The notes below the pieces were generated by a model that was given only the letters and a program-made list of their open reading frames with translations, searched no databases and was not told where the DNA came from. A DNA stretch of 64,000 nucleotides from Alphaproteobacteria bacterium (lineage in GTDB: Bacteria; Pseudomonadota; Alphaproteobacteria; JAAXGF01), in contig CAUVXB020000002.1 of NCBI GenBank assembly GCA_963555825.3, positions 3,232,001-3,296,000 on the forward strand. The letters are read 5' to 3'. Every line of letters starts with the position of its first letter. Position 1 is the first letter of the stretch. Positions 9,260 through 20,545 of this stretch are shown in pieces. The position numbers were made by a program, and so were the translations under genes.

Positions 9260-9589
9260 ATATAGGCAGGGTTTGCCGCAAAACCATGTGTATCCGCGCT
9301 CTTTGTGCCGCGAGAGTTGGACGATCGGGAGACCGGCAGACTTTGTTACGTTCTTTGCCTGCGTTTGAGCGAGGCGCTCGTTAGCCGTTGGCTATTGAAG
9401 CGTCACCGTACGTTCTCGTGGCCGATGGCCGATGATCACCGGGATATCCGCGAGCCCCTGCGTTCTACCTGAAGAAGCATGATGAGCTGCGCGTCACCAT
9501 GGCGGACAGCAGCGCGTTCGCGCGGCGGATAGGTACAGCGCGACGATGGGTTTCTGCCCGCCGCAGTTTCAATCCCGGAACGGTTCCCC

Positions 9590-10097
9590 TCATAGTGCCG
9601 GAATGCCGGATTTAGCGGCTTCGGCGTGCGGCGTGACCGGTCCAGTATTCGCCGCCGCCAAGTCCCGCCAGTGGGTGGTGTAGCGCGGGGACAGGCGCTC
9701 CTGGCGCATCCGCCACTCCGCAGTTCTGGCCGCGAGACCGAGGCCGATCGAGCCCCGCCCGAACCGCCCGTTGATCCGATCCACCGCCTGCATCAAGCGG
9801 CCGTTCTCCAACGGACCGTCCTCAAACAGCGATCCAACCAGCTCGCCGGCCGGCGACAGGTCAAGCAGCATCACGCCGGCCTTGCGGTAGGCAAAGCCCT
9901 CGCGCCAGAGGCGCTCGAATATTCGCAACGCTGCCACGACGATAACGCGGCTGTCGGCGGTTGGCGTCAGGAACGCTGCCGATGCGGCGGTCGTATATTG
10001 CGGGGCGGCGGTATCGAAACTGTTGGTCGCGATGGATACCTGCAGATTGCCGCAGACCTGATCGGAACGGCGGATTTTCTCCGCCGTCCTTTCCGCG
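9590..10097 (-). pseudogene. umuC: C-terminal fragment of a UmuC-like Y-family polymerase, cut by IS21
   Basis: YRKAGVMLLDL, LMQAVDRINGRFGRGSI, WRMRQERLSPRYTTHW; upstream part replaced by IS21 at 10098. Confidence 0.8.
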
Positions 10098-10288
10098 TGT
10101 CAATGGCGGAGCAAAAAGGGACCACCTCGGCGGTGTAAGAAGGGACCGCTTGGCGGCTGCGGGCTTGTCCCCGTAGTCCACGGGAGGGCCCCGCGCGCGA
10201 CGCGGCGTGCCCTCAACAGGCTGACGCGGCGGCGCGCGCGGGAGGGACCTGTGGGCCCACGGGGTCAAGCGTGGGCTGGGTGGTCGGT

Positions 10289-11053
10289 TCAGTTAGCAGT
10301 CGGGGTTTGACGCCTGCGGCTCTGGTTGAGCCTGTAGCTGTCACCGTTCATCTCGAGGATGTTGACGTGGTGGGTGAGGCGATCGAGGAGCGCGCCGGTG
10401 AGGCGCTCGGAGCCGAACACCTCGGTCCATTCGTCGAAGGGCAGATTGGTGGTGACCAGGGTCGAGCCCCGCTCGTAGCGTTGGCTGAACACCTCGAACA
10501 ACAGCTCGGCGCCGGTCTTCGACAGCGGCACGAAGCCGAGTTCGTCGACGATCAGAAGCTTGTAGGTGGCGAGCTTCTTCTGGAACCTCAGCAGCTGCTT
10601 GTCATCGCGGGCCTCGATGAGTTCGTGGACCAGCGCGGCGGCGGTGATGAAGCCGACCGAGAGGCCCTTCTGGCAGGCCGCCAGGCCGAGACCGAGGGCG
10701 ATGTGGGTCTTGCCGGTCCCACTGTTGCCGAGCGCGATGAGGTTCTCGCGGCGCTCGATGTACTCGCAGCGGGCCAGCTCCAGGACCAGCGCCTTGTTGA
10801 GCGAGGGGATGACCTTGAAGTCGAAGCTGTCGAGGCTCTTGACCACGGGGAAGCGCGCCGCCTTGATGCGCCGCTCGACCATGCGGCGCTCGCGGTCGAT
10901 CAGCTCGAGCTCGGCGAGTCTCAACAGGTAGCGGACGTGATCGACGCCTTCCGAGGCGCACTGCCGGGCGATCTTGTCGTACTCGCGCAGGAAGGTCGGC
11001 AGCTTCAGCGTCTTGAGGTGGTGGGCGAGCAGCACTTGCGGTGTGTCGGTCAT
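10289..11053 (-). CDS. istB: IS21 helper ATPase IstB
   Basis: GNSGTGKTH Walker A, LLIVDELG Walker B, ALLDRLTHH, GDSYR. Confidence 0.95.
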   Translation of the reverse strand: MTDTPQVLLAHHLKTLKLPTFLREYDKIARQCASEGVDHVRYLLRLAELELIDRERRMVERRIKAARFPVVKSLDSFDFKVIPSLNKALVLELARCEYIERRENLIALGNSGTGKTHIALGLGLAACQKGLSVGFITAAALVHELIEARDDKQLLRFQKKLATYKLLIVDELGFVPLSKTGAELLFEVFSQRYERGSTLVTTNLPFDEWTEVFGSERLTGALLDRLTHHVNILEMNGDSYRLNQSRRRQTPTAN

Positions 11054-12549
11054 GCGCCGAGCCCCGACAGCAGGCTCATGTACGACTTGGCGGACGTCAT
11101 CGCGACCCGGGCGCGCGGCAGATACGGATAGACGTCGAGGTTGAGCCTGGGCGGCCGCCGCTCGATGCGGCACAGTACCAGGTGCTTCACCGCATCAAAG
11201 CCGATTGCGCCGAGCCGCAGGGCGTCGCCGACCGCACCCTCGACCTCCTCGAGCCGGAAGGTCTCCAGTAGACGGAGCACCTGGACGTACTCGCGCTTGC
11301 CTGCCTTGCCCATACGAGCTTCGAGGAGCCGCCGCAGAGTGATGAAGGCCTCGGGCAGGTCCCAGCCCGCCAATGGCGCGGCCTGGTCGAGGGCGCCGAT
11401 CTTCTGCTCGATCAAGGGCAGGTAATGCAGCGGGTCGAAGATCAGGTCCTCGCTGTCGTAGGACCGGCGGTGCCGGGCGATCACCTCGGCCCCGCAGCTG
11501 ATCACCACCTCATCGACGTAGCCCCGGATGAGCACCTCACGGTGGCCGTAGGCCACGGGCACGGAATAGTCGTTGCTGCGGTAACGCACCAGCGACAGCG
11601 AACTCGCCCGTCCAGGGCGCTTATCGCAGGCATCATAGGGAGCAGGCGGCAATGGCAAGAGAACTTGACGATCCCGCTCGAGACGCTCGCCGATGGTCTC
11701 CTTGTGGCCCCGCAGCCGCGCCGCCTGGCGCCGGCGGCACTGTTCGGCGAGAGCATCGTTGAGGGCCGCGAAGCTCTCGGCACGCGGGACGGGGACCAGG
11801 AAGTTCCGCCGGATGAAGCCGACCAGTCCCTCGACCTTGCCCTTGTCGTTGCCCTTGCCCGGCCGGCCGAACCTGTCCTCGAACAGATAGTGGGACTGAA
11901 GCTCCGTGAAGACGCGCGTTCGCTGCCGCTTCCCATCGCCCAGGATCCGGGCAACCGCCAGCTTGGTGTTGTCGTACAGGATGGATCGGGGGACGCCGCC
12001 GAAGAAGGCAAACGCCGCGTTGTGGCCATCGCAGAATGCTTCGGTCGTCTCCGCCGGATAGGCCGCAACAAAGCAACCATCACTGTGGGGAAGGTCGAAG
12101 GCAAGGAAGTGGATCTTCCGTAACGCGCCGCCGATCACCGCCATCGCTTCGCCGAAGTCCGCCTGGGCGTGACCGGGGGAATGGGAGAGTGGCACGAACA
12201 CCTCACGCGACCGAAGCCCCTGCTCACGAACGTAGTCCTTCACGATGGTGTAGCCGCCCGTGAAACCGTACTCGTCCCGGAGGCGGTCGAAGATGCGCTT
12301 CGCAGTGTGCCGTTGCTTGCGGTGGCTGGTCCGATCGTCTTCCAAGATCCGATCGATGATTCCCGTGAACGGACCCAGCTTTGGCCGCCTCGGCGGCGCG
12401 CTTCGGCGATACCCTGGCGGCACCGAGAACGACAGCATCTTACGGACCGTCTTGCGGTCTACACCAAACACCCGCGAGGCCTCGCGGGTGCTCATCCCCT
12501 CGACATGACACGCCCGCCGAACCCGTGCGTACAACTCCACCCGATACAT
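11050..12549 (-). CDS. istA: IS21 transposase IstA
   Basis: N-terminal HTH, PGHAQADFG, ILYDNTK, KGKVEGLVG. Confidence 0.95.
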   Translation of the reverse strand: MYRVELYARVRRACHVEGMSTREASRVFGVDRKTVRKMLSFSVPPGYRRSAPPRRPKLGPFTGIIDRILEDDRTSHRKQRHTAKRIFDRLRDEYGFTGGYTIVKDYVREQGLRSREVFVPLSHSPGHAQADFGEAMAVIGGALRKIHFLAFDLPHSDGCFVAAYPAETTEAFCDGHNAAFAFFGGVPRSILYDNTKLAVARILGDGKRQRTRVFTELQSHYLFEDRFGRPGKGNDKGKVEGLVGFIRRNFLVPVPRAESFAALNDALAEQCRRRQAARLRGHKETIGERLERDRQVLLPLPPAPYDACDKRPGRASSLSLVRYRSNDYSVPVAYGHREVLIRGYVDEVVISCGAEVIARHRRSYDSEDLIFDPLHYLPLIEQKIGALDQAAPLAGWDLPEAFITLRRLLEARMGKAGKREYVQVLRLLETFRLEEVEGAVGDALRLGAIGFDAVKHLVLCRIERRPPRLNLDVYPYLPRARVAMTSAKSYMSLLSGLGA

Positions 12550-12667
12550 CCCCCCCGCCTTCCAGTCAGAGCAACCCTGACAGAAGGCTATACGCGGTCC
12601 CATTTTGGTCCGCCGCAGCCGGATCGACCGGCCGCTTCAGTGGGGGATTATTGCTCTGCCGTTCTCA

Positions 12668-12770
12668 CCCATGGTGTCGTTCTCCCTCTTGGGTTTGCAG
12701 CACCCGGAGCCTAACGGCTCCAGGAGAGCGACACCTACCTCAACTTTTCAACATCGACCGGGACATCTCC
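12668..12770 (-). mobile_element. Remnant left end of an IS256-like element
   Basis: Minus strand ggagatgtcccggtcgatgttgaaaag... leads to an ATG that is cut by IS21; resembles IS256-type ends. Confidence 0.45.
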
Positions 12771-12972
12771 CACACTCGTAGTGCCGCTGATACACTGGAA
12801 CTACCCAATGTTGCTTCTGTCCAAGGACAAAATTCAGATCATGTGCCTTTGCATCCATATTACTTTTCCTCAATGCTTAATCAGGGTTCAACTCCCTACG
12901 AAGCTTCGGGTTCTCCGATGATGTCTCGGCACAACAGCCTGTTTTCCAAGTAAAGCTCATCGAACGTAGCGG

Positions 12973-15660
12973 CTACCCCATACGGTGTGCGGCCATCAGG
13001 CCTGCAAGCGTTGAACTCTCCTTTATTTCGTCATGTGGCACGAGGGCGTAGACCCAAGGCTTGCCACTATTCTCGGCCGCATGGGCATTTGCGTGACCGA
13101 CCCACTCACCGGCGGCTCGCGCTTTGGCGAGAACGATCTCATTCGTCATCTCATTGCGGGCTTTTACCTCGACGATGAGCTTTTCGGCCTCGGTCTCGAC
13201 AACGAAATCCGGTTCGTACCCCCTGCCCGCCAGATACTCGATCTGGAACTGCTTGGCTCCTGGCTTCATCCATCGCATCACGCTCATTTCGTGGTCAGCA
13301 TCAACGAGGACTGCAAAACGCCGTTCATCATCGGAATCAAATTTCTGGAACGGATAGCAACATTTCTGAAAGCCCATGAAGACGTGCTTCTTCGTATCCC
13401 CAAGAGGCATGATGGGGCGATTGAAATCTTTCACCCTCGTAGGATCGGAGACATTGAAGGCCTGTGGCCGCAGAACCTGAAACCCACGTGAGATGGTGGC
13501 ACGATAATCTGTAGGCGTTTCCCAATAATGCTCCTTCATCTGCTCAAAAATGAACCGGGCCAGTTCCTTTCCATGGACAAGGCACACATTCTCCACATCC
13601 TCCGGCTCTGTAAGGTAAGACCGAATGCGTTCAACCATCTGCCCTGCCAGTTTGTACAGAAAATCCGCCTGGCTATCGTAATCTACCTGATCAAATTCGA
13701 TGAGGTGGCGAACAATATAGTTTTCCACGACTTCCTCGCCTGCTCCCTTGAAGGAACGCGCGAGGAATGTTCGGGCCTCCGTCCGCATATTTGTAATCAT
13801 AATTTCATCGGAAATCGGCTGCTTCGAAATTGCCTCAAGCCCGTCAAGGTCAAATTCCTTGTAGCCGAACGTCACCTCACGGGTCGGGATGACAACGATT
13901 TCCGGAATTTCAATCGTCAGCTCGACAATTTTCGACGTCACGACCTCAACAATCTTGTCGTAATCTGGCTCTTTGGCGACGCCTTCAAGTTCGCCCTGGG
14001 CAGGCTTCAAAGCCTCCTTTACCGCTGCTGCAATTTCCTTGCGGACTTCTGGCTCATTTAACTGCCTAACGCCGCGTTTTAGCTTACGCTCATACTGGTG
14101 CTGGATAAGTTCAATGGTGGTTTGGGCGGCCCGCTGCTCCTGCGGTGTCTCGAACACATACGGCGCTTGCTCGGGGCTGGATAGCCCAGGCATACCGGCA
14201 TCGGCCCCCGTCAATATGCTGTCCAGCACCGTCGGCGATTCTAGTACATTCGCCCCTGCGCCTGATACGTCTGCCTCATCACCAATGGATATTTTCTTGA
14301 TAGCAAAAGGTGAATCATCCTCCTGCGCGCGCCTGATAACTTCATCAAAACGGTCATGGGCAATAACGGTCAGCGTGTCCACGGTTTCAACGCCTGTTCG
14401 CTTTCCGTAAGGTAACCGCAAGCCGCGCCCAAGGGTCTGCTCGGTTAGAATATCGGAGGTCGAAGCGCGAAGTGGTACAATTGTATAAAGGTTGTTGACG
14501 TCCCAACCTTCCTTCAGCTTGTTCACATGAATGACGACATCGGTCTGAGCATCATGTTCCAACGCGACAAGGCGCTGCATGGCTTCATCATTTTCCTCGC
14601 CTTTAAGCGCTGAATGAATTTCGATTACCTTGCCCCTATAGCGACCGCCAAAAAAATCATCGCTTTCTATCTGCTCACGGAGTGCTTTCGCGTGCGTTGT
14701 TTCCTGCGCGACGACGAGCATGAACGGATGGACTTTCGGCTTTCCGCTGTCGCGTGCGTATATATCCAACTCCACCTTCACATGTTCATGATAGTGAATT
14801 CCGTCTTCCAGCTTGATTTGCTCAAGCTGCTCCGGCGTGACCGAAGTTGGATCAAAATTCGCGCGCGTCGCCACTGCCGGTTCTTTGACAAATCCATCCG
14901 CCATGGCATTGCCCAGGCCATAGTCAATGATCACGTTTTTGAATGAAGTGGATTTTGCGCCCACCGTCTTAGGTGTGGCGGTCAATTCTAGCCCTAGTAC
15001 TGGCTTCAGCTCTGCAACCGCCTTCATGCCAGCCTTGGCGCGATATCGGTGCGCCTCATCCATCATCAGGACAAGATCAGGAAGTCCCGCGAGATAATCG
15101 AAATAGGATTCACCGATATATTCGTGCAGCTTTTTGATCCGACCCTTGTCCTTGTTGATCTTATCCACATTGAAAATATTGATTATCGGTGTATTTCCAA
15201 ATAGGTCGCTGCCCTGAACCCCGCGCCCATTGTGCCAATTGTCACCCGTCACCAGAAGCGGTGGGTTCTGGGCAAACTCAGAAATGCCCTTGAACACATA
15301 TTTGGGCGTGCCAGGCGTGAAATCCTGAATCAGCTTGTCATAGATCGTTGTGTTTGGCGCGAGCACAAAGAAATGGCGTGAGCGCTCCGTCAGGAATAAG
15401 AAGGCTGCGAAGGCCCCCATCAAGCGAGTCTTACCGACGCCGGTTGCCAACGCAAAACAGAGTGACGGAAAGTCCCGCTCGAAATCAGTTACGCTTGGGT
15501 AGCTCGCCTGAATGGTCTCTAATGCTGCGGCAAGGTCTGTGTCTTTTGAGAGTTCAATCTTCGAAACGACATCCGCCAATATGGCGAGCGATTGCTCCTG
15601 CGGCGAACGCAGGGAAAGGCGCTGGGTGATCTGGCGCTGTATCCGTTCATCACTCACCAT
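12973..15660 (-). CDS. res: Type III restriction endonuclease subunit Res
   Basis: ATGVGKT, DEAH, LTATP, KLKEGWDV, EQTLGRGLR helicase motifs; C-terminal YEPDFVVE...VEVK nuclease. Confidence 0.93.
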   Translation of the reverse strand: MVSDERIQRQITQRLSLRSPQEQSLAILADVVSKIELSKDTDLAAALETIQASYPSVTDFERDFPSLCFALATGVGKTRLMGAFAAFLFLTERSRHFFVLAPNTTIYDKLIQDFTPGTPKYVFKGISEFAQNPPLLVTGDNWHNGRGVQGSDLFGNTPIINIFNVDKINKDKGRIKKLHEYIGESYFDYLAGLPDLVLMMDEAHRYRAKAGMKAVAELKPVLGLELTATPKTVGAKSTSFKNVIIDYGLGNAMADGFVKEPAVATRANFDPTSVTPEQLEQIKLEDGIHYHEHVKVELDIYARDSGKPKVHPFMLVVAQETTHAKALREQIESDDFFGGRYRGKVIEIHSALKGEENDEAMQRLVALEHDAQTDVVIHVNKLKEGWDVNNLYTIVPLRASTSDILTEQTLGRGLRLPYGKRTGVETVDTLTVIAHDRFDEVIRRAQEDDSPFAIKKISIGDEADVSGAGANVLESPTVLDSILTGADAGMPGLSSPEQAPYVFETPQEQRAAQTTIELIQHQYERKLKRGVRQLNEPEVRKEIAAAVKEALKPAQGELEGVAKEPDYDKIVEVVTSKIVELTIEIPEIVVIPTREVTFGYKEFDLDGLEAISKQPISDEIMITNMRTEARTFLARSFKGAGEEVVENYIVRHLIEFDQVDYDSQADFLYKLAGQMVERIRSYLTEPEDVENVCLVHGKELARFIFEQMKEHYWETPTDYRATISRGFQVLRPQAFNVSDPTRVKDFNRPIMPLGDTKKHVFMGFQKCCYPFQKFDSDDERRFAVLVDADHEMSVMRWMKPGAKQFQIEYLAGRGYEPDFVVETEAEKLIVEVKARNEMTNEIVLAKARAAGEWVGHANAHAAENSGKPWVYALVPHDEIKESSTLAGLMAAHRMG

Positions 15661-15663
15661 GGC

Positions 15664-17328
15664 TCAGCCCTCCTTCTTTCCGAAGAGGGGTAACTCTTCT
15701 GCCATTTTCTCCCGCTCGATTGCCTCATCACTTTTCGCCATAGGCAAGTTGGCGACATTCAGACTGTAATCATCCTTCCCCCATTCGCACTTGGACAGCA
15801 CGGCATGAGGAATTTTCTTAATGGTCAAATTATCAAAAGCATCCGCCTCCGCGTTAAAGGCTTTGCAGCAAACAAGCAGGCTGCGATCCGGTCCCACATT
15901 TTCCGAAAGTTTCTTCAGTGCCGCATGAGTCATGGACGCCGTGGTCACAAAGATGAAGTCGGTCTCCGTGGAATGCCCATGCCGCCAGTATTCGTTTTTA
16001 TCCTGCGAGGGGTCATAGACGAAACCCATATTCTTGCAGAGCGCTTCGGCCAGCATCGCTGAATTATATTCTTTTGAGATGACCCAGTTGCCGTATTTAT
16101 CTTTTTCGAGAAGTGATGGAGCGAGACGGTAATAGCGGAAACCACCGCCGCCCCTCCAATTGGAAACGTCGGTAACCCCTCCAGGATCATCGTCTTCGAC
16201 GACCTTTTGTAACCGTGGAGCGACGTGGGTAATACAATGGTCACCTAGTTCAACCATTATCCAGCGGCGCCCCATCTTTTGGGCGACAGCTCCCGTTGTG
16301 CCGGAACCTGCGAAGGAATCCAAAACTAGATCACCTTGGTTCGTAGCAATTTGGAGAACTCTGTTTAAGAGACGCTCTGGTTTTGGAGTGTCAAAAACCT
16401 TCGAAGCCCCAAATAGAGCAATGCTTTCTTTTTTTGCCTCGTCTGTGTGCCCAACCTCTGAATGTGGCCACCAATTATGTGGCGTCATGCCGTCTCTAAC
16501 CTCTGACAAGAACCTCTTTAGGGCAGGAACACTGTTTTCGCCTTTTAATCCCCACCAAAGTCGATCCTCGTCCACATGTTTTTGATGAGTACCTCTGTCG
16601 TATTTCCAGGCCTTGACTTTGTTCTTGACGATTGCGCGCGTGAATGGGTTCACAATGTCGTAAACCAAATTACGGCGTTTCTCCATGGTAGCTTGATTCA
16701 AATAGTCTACGGACTTCCACGGCCCTCTTGGGTCGTCATCAGGGTTCGAGTATCGAGATACCGCCTCGCTAGATCGCGGGAGCAGGTTATTCTGAAACGC
16801 CTCTGATTTTCGGTAAATCAAAATAATATCGCAAATTGACGCGATACCTTTGTAGTTGTTACTGACACTATACTTTTTCTGCCATGTAACTTGTCTGACG
16901 AAATTAATTCGCCCAAAGATTTCGTCGCAAAGCACCTTTAGATAATGGCCTTCAATCTCATCAATATTAATCCAAATCGAACCGTCATCAGAAAGCAGAT
17001 TTCGTAATATTTCCAATCGGTCTTTAATTAACGAGAGCCAAATTGAGTGTTCCAAACCATCTTCATAATGCTCGAAAGCGTTACCCGTATTGTAAGGGGG
17101 ATCGATATAGATACACTTCACCTTAGCAGTGTACTCTGCTTCTAAGGCCTTTAGCGCCAGCAAGTTGTCGCCGTGAATGAGAATATTATCGAAGATGTCG
17201 TCTTCAGACTGTCGCTCTTTAGCGTGGCAAGACAGCTCAGGGTCTTCGATAAGGATGCGTGGTTCCAATTTCGGACGCTCATCCTTTCCAATCCAGGTCA
17301 GCTCCAACTTCTGCTTTTTTCTGCTCAC
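15664..17328 (-). CDS. mod: Type III DNA methyltransferase subunit Mod
   Basis: KLELTWIGK, GDNLLAL, IYIDPPY, FDTPKPE, DSFAGSGTT; GTG 17328 overlaps the SNF2 stop. Confidence 0.93.
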   Translation of the reverse strand: MSRKKQKLELTWIGKDERPKLEPRILIEDPELSCHAKERQSEDDIFDNILIHGDNLLALKALEAEYTAKVKCIYIDPPYNTGNAFEHYEDGLEHSIWLSLIKDRLEILRNLLSDDGSIWINIDEIEGHYLKVLCDEIFGRINFVRQVTWQKKYSVSNNYKGIASICDIILIYRKSEAFQNNLLPRSSEAVSRYSNPDDDPRGPWKSVDYLNQATMEKRRNLVYDIVNPFTRAIVKNKVKAWKYDRGTHQKHVDEDRLWWGLKGENSVPALKRFLSEVRDGMTPHNWWPHSEVGHTDEAKKESIALFGASKVFDTPKPERLLNRVLQIATNQGDLVLDSFAGSGTTGAVAQKMGRRWIMVELGDHCITHVAPRLQKVVEDDDPGGVTDVSNWRGGGGFRYYRLAPSLLEKDKYGNWVISKEYNSAMLAEALCKNMGFVYDPSQDKNEYWRHGHSTETDFIFVTTASMTHAALKKLSENVGPDRSLLVCCKAFNAEADAFDNLTIKKIPHAVLSKCEWGKDDYSLNVANLPMAKSDEAIEREKMAEELPLFGKKEG

Positions 17329-18754
17329 GCCACGACCTCCCAACGGATTGAGAATAATGGTTCCAGAACAGGTGCCGTATCCATACTTTGCGCGATGTCA
17401 TCCAGCATCTGATTGACTTCATCACGAATATTTTTACGCCGCTCAAAGGTCTTGAGCTTCATTTCATCGCGTTTGCCTTCCAGCCGCTGAATGCGCCTTT
17501 TTTCGTTCAACTTGTCAGCCATTGCCATCGCTATGTTGGTCCGCAGCGCTTTTCTGGCTGCTTTGATCTCCTCATCCATTTCCTTGATCTCAACCTCCGC
17601 CGCTTTTTCAAGATCATCGGCATAGGCATCGAGCTTATCCGTTTCCGCATCCAGCCATTCGGCATTTTGCTGCTGGGCCTCCTCGATAATTGCCTGCTGT
17701 TGCGCTGCTTCGACACCCAACAACGTGCTGTCTGGAATAGATGTTGTCGGAGAACCATTGTCGGTCGCTGGGACCAAGAAAAGGCGGTCCACGGTTTCAG
17801 GGTGAACTTCTTCCCCCTGATCTGTGATACACGCTGCAACGATATGCTCACGGACAGATTGAGGGGTTTTGATAGTGAGTTTTGACAGCTTCAACCAACC
17901 AGCTTTGCCGCCCAAATTTCTCACGTCGGCTATTACATTCGGATAGGCTGAATGGTCAAATCGCAAGCACTCAAGGCCAATCTCCCGTTCCTTAGCCTGA
18001 TTGACCAAAGTTTCTGCCAAATTCCCATCAGCCAGCCGAAAGAATTGCCAGCCTTCCTCATCGGCAAGCGGCCATTCCGTTGTGTAGGTATTTCCTTGAT
18101 AGTCAAAGCGTGGGCTCTGATCGCCGTGGAAATTCGCATCAGGCAACTCGGCGCGGGCAACGGTGATCAGTCGCCGGGTGAACTCATCCAACGACCCATC
18201 GATGATGCCCTTGCGGGCTTTCAGGCGACTGACAACATCCTGATCCATATGCTCCATCAGCTTTTTGCGAGCATCCAGCATATCGGCGTCGATCTTTTCC
18301 TCCATCTCTTCCTGAAGCATGTCGAAGGAAAGCTGCACTTCCTCGTCGCTGCGGGCCTCTTGCACGATCTCCAGTACCTTGCGCTCGAAATCAATGCCGC
18401 GCTCAATTGCGCCTAATACCTCATCACTTACGCCGAAGACCCCTTCAAACAGTTTGAATTTCTTCGCCAGCAATTCATAGACACGCGCTTCGGCTTTGTT
18501 CTTACGATTGAGAAGATTGACCACCGTTACGTCGAGCTTTTGGCCATATCGATGACAACGACCGATCCGCTGCTCTATCCTTTGCGGATTCCATGGCAAA
18601 TCGAAGTTCACGACAAGGGAACAGAATTGCAGGTTGATGCCCTCGGCACCTGACTCCGTTGAGACCAATATGCTTTTGTCTTGGGAATTATCCCTACTAC
18701 TTGACATCTTTACCCTGACTCCCTATATTCAAAGTGTCGCAAGGGAGAATGGAA

Positions 18755-19735
18755 ATGGCGAAAAAGGGACCGGGCGAAGCGCACCGCGAAGGGCTCACCA
18801 TTGTCCAGTTGATGGACATGTTCCCGACCGAAGAAGCCGCAACGGCATGGCTCGAGTCGGCGATCTGGTCTGACGGTGAGCGGCATTGCGGCAAGTGCGG
18901 ATCGACCCGAACCAGCGAGGTTCCGAACGCCAAGCCGATGCCTTACTGGTGCACGGATTGCCGCTCCTACTTCTCCGTTCGAACGGGCACGCCTCTCGCG
19001 CGCTCCAACGTGCCGTTGCGCAAGTGGGCTATCGCGATCTATCTTTGCTTGACGAGCCTCAAGTCGGTTTCTTCGATGAAGCTGTCCCGAGATATTGGCG
19101 TCAAGCAATCGACCGCTTGGTTCATGCTGCACCGTATCCGGGAAGCGTGGGCGGGCGAGTACGGCGGGCCTTTCGACGGGCCGGTCGAAGTTGATGAGAC
19201 TTACTTTGGCGGCAAGCGCAAGAACATGAGTAAGGCTAAGCGCAAAGAGTTGGCTGGCACCGGACGTGGCGCGGTTGGAAAGACTGCCGTGGTTGGAATG
19301 AAAGACCGCGACAGCAACAAAGTGACGGCCCGTGTCGTTGACGACACAGATGCCAAGACATTGCAGGGGTTCGTCACCGATCATGCCGCCCCCGATGCCA
19401 CGGTCTACACCGACGATCACGGCGGTTATCACGGAATGCCGTTCGAGCACGAGAGCGTCCGGCACAGCGTCGGCGAATACGTTGACGGGATGGCGCACAC
19501 CAACGGCATCGAGTCGTTCTGGTCGATGCTGAAACGCGCTCACAAGGGAACGTTCCACAAGATGAGCCCGAAGCATCTTGATCGTTACGTCCAGGAGTTC
19601 GCTGGTAAGCACAACATCCGCGAGTCAGGGACGCTTGCGCAGATGCGGGATACTGTTGCGCGGCTTGTCGGCCGCAACCTTCTCTACCGCGACCTCATCG
19701 CTGGCAACGGGCTTTCGAACGCGGGCCGGTCGTAA
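18755..19735 (+). CDS. IS1595-family transposase
   Basis: CxxC...CxxC zinc ribbon, VEVDETYFGG, VYTDD, HTNGIESFW, HLDRYVQEF. Confidence 0.93.
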   Translation: MAKKGPGEAHREGLTIVQLMDMFPTEEAATAWLESAIWSDGERHCGKCGSTRTSEVPNAKPMPYWCTDCRSYFSVRTGTPLARSNVPLRKWAIAIYLCLTSLKSVSSMKLSRDIGVKQSTAWFMLHRIREAWAGEYGGPFDGPVEVDETYFGGKRKNMSKAKRKELAGTGRGAVGKTAVVGMKDRDSNKVTARVVDDTDAKTLQGFVTDHAAPDATVYTDDHGGYHGMPFEHESVRHSVGEYVDGMAHTNGIESFWSMLKRAHKGTFHKMSPKHLDRYVQEFAGKHNIRESGTLAQMRDTVARLVGRNLLYRDLIAGNGLSNAGRS

Positions 19736-19828
19736 CGGTTCGACACGGCGGAACAGCGCGCGCGCCAGCGTCTCGGGCGTCGCGCCAACCAAATCCACCT
19801 TCGGATCAAGCTTCGGCATGTATTTCAT
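19625..19828 (-). CDS. Small ORF convergent with and overlapping the IS1595 transposase 3' end
   Basis: GGAGG 8 nt upstream of ATG 19828; MKYMPKLDPKVDLVGATPETLARALF... Confidence 0.45.
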   Translation of the reverse strand: MKYMPKLDPKVDLVGATPETLARALFRRVEPLRPARVRKPVASDEVAVEKVAADKPRNSIPHLRKRP

Positions 19829-19933
19829 GTTGCAGCCCTCCATTCGGCCATTGTGCGCCCGCCCTTGCTGCGATTACAGCCAGAGCAGAGCAGTTGCAGG
19901 TTGTCGCCGGTCCAGACCGTCCCGCTGGCGAAG

Positions 19934-20545
19934 TTAGCGGGCATCGGCTTGAGCGAGACGCTTGGCAAGAAATTCAATCCATTCTGTATGGTTCGTCACG
20001 GTCAGCCCCTTTTCGATCTTGGGATGGGACTCGCCTTGTTTGTCGAGAACGTGGCAGGCCCGCTCTAGGTGAAACAAGAGAGCGTTCGACTGCCCTTTTT
20101 CCCGAGCCGTAACTTTGGCAGGGAATTCCTGACCGCTGTATCGGATCAGCTCATCCAAGCACCGTTGAAGATCCGGGACGTTTTGCAGCCGCTTGTTGAC
20201 CAGCCGCGAGCCCCACCGTCGTCTCCATACAGATCGCATCCGAAGGATCGGCCTGCTCCAAGGTGGCGGCCTGACGCTCACGGTCGCTGTCGATGTCATG
20301 AGATGGAACGAAGCAGGTCTCGCATCAGCCGCGAAGCGCTCCTTCCCACCAAAAAGCTTTAACCCCTTTATGGCCGAACCAATATTTCGTCTGTGAGCTA
20401 TGGCAGCCGGCACAAAGGCTGCTACCGCCACGATTGCCCACCGCCAATCCCCCAGCGGAAGCCACGGTTCCATCATGAGCGCCACGGCGGCCGTCGCGAC
20501 GGCCACGCCGAAACCAAAAGTAATGGTTTTGAGCCACTGTCCCAT
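19934..20545 (-). CDS. Hypothetical membrane-anchored passenger protein of IS1595
   Basis: 203-aa ORF inside the IRs with two N-terminal hydrophobic segments. Confidence 0.6.
   Translation of the reverse strand: MGQWLKTITFGFGVAVATAAVALMMEPWLPLGDWRWAIVAVAAFVPAAIAHRRNIGSAIKGLKLFGGKERFAADARPASFHLMTSTATVSVRPPPWSRPILRMRSVWRRRWGSRLVNKRLQNVPDLQRCLDELIRYSGQEFPAKVTAREKGQSNALLFHLERACHVLDKQGESHPKIEKGLTVTNHTEWIEFLAKRLAQADAR

Larger units (their letters stand above)
10098..12667 (-). mobile_element. IS21-family element copy 1
   Basis: tgtcaatggcggagc...gccgttctca ends; istA and istB; flanks do not form a target duplication. Confidence 0.95.
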
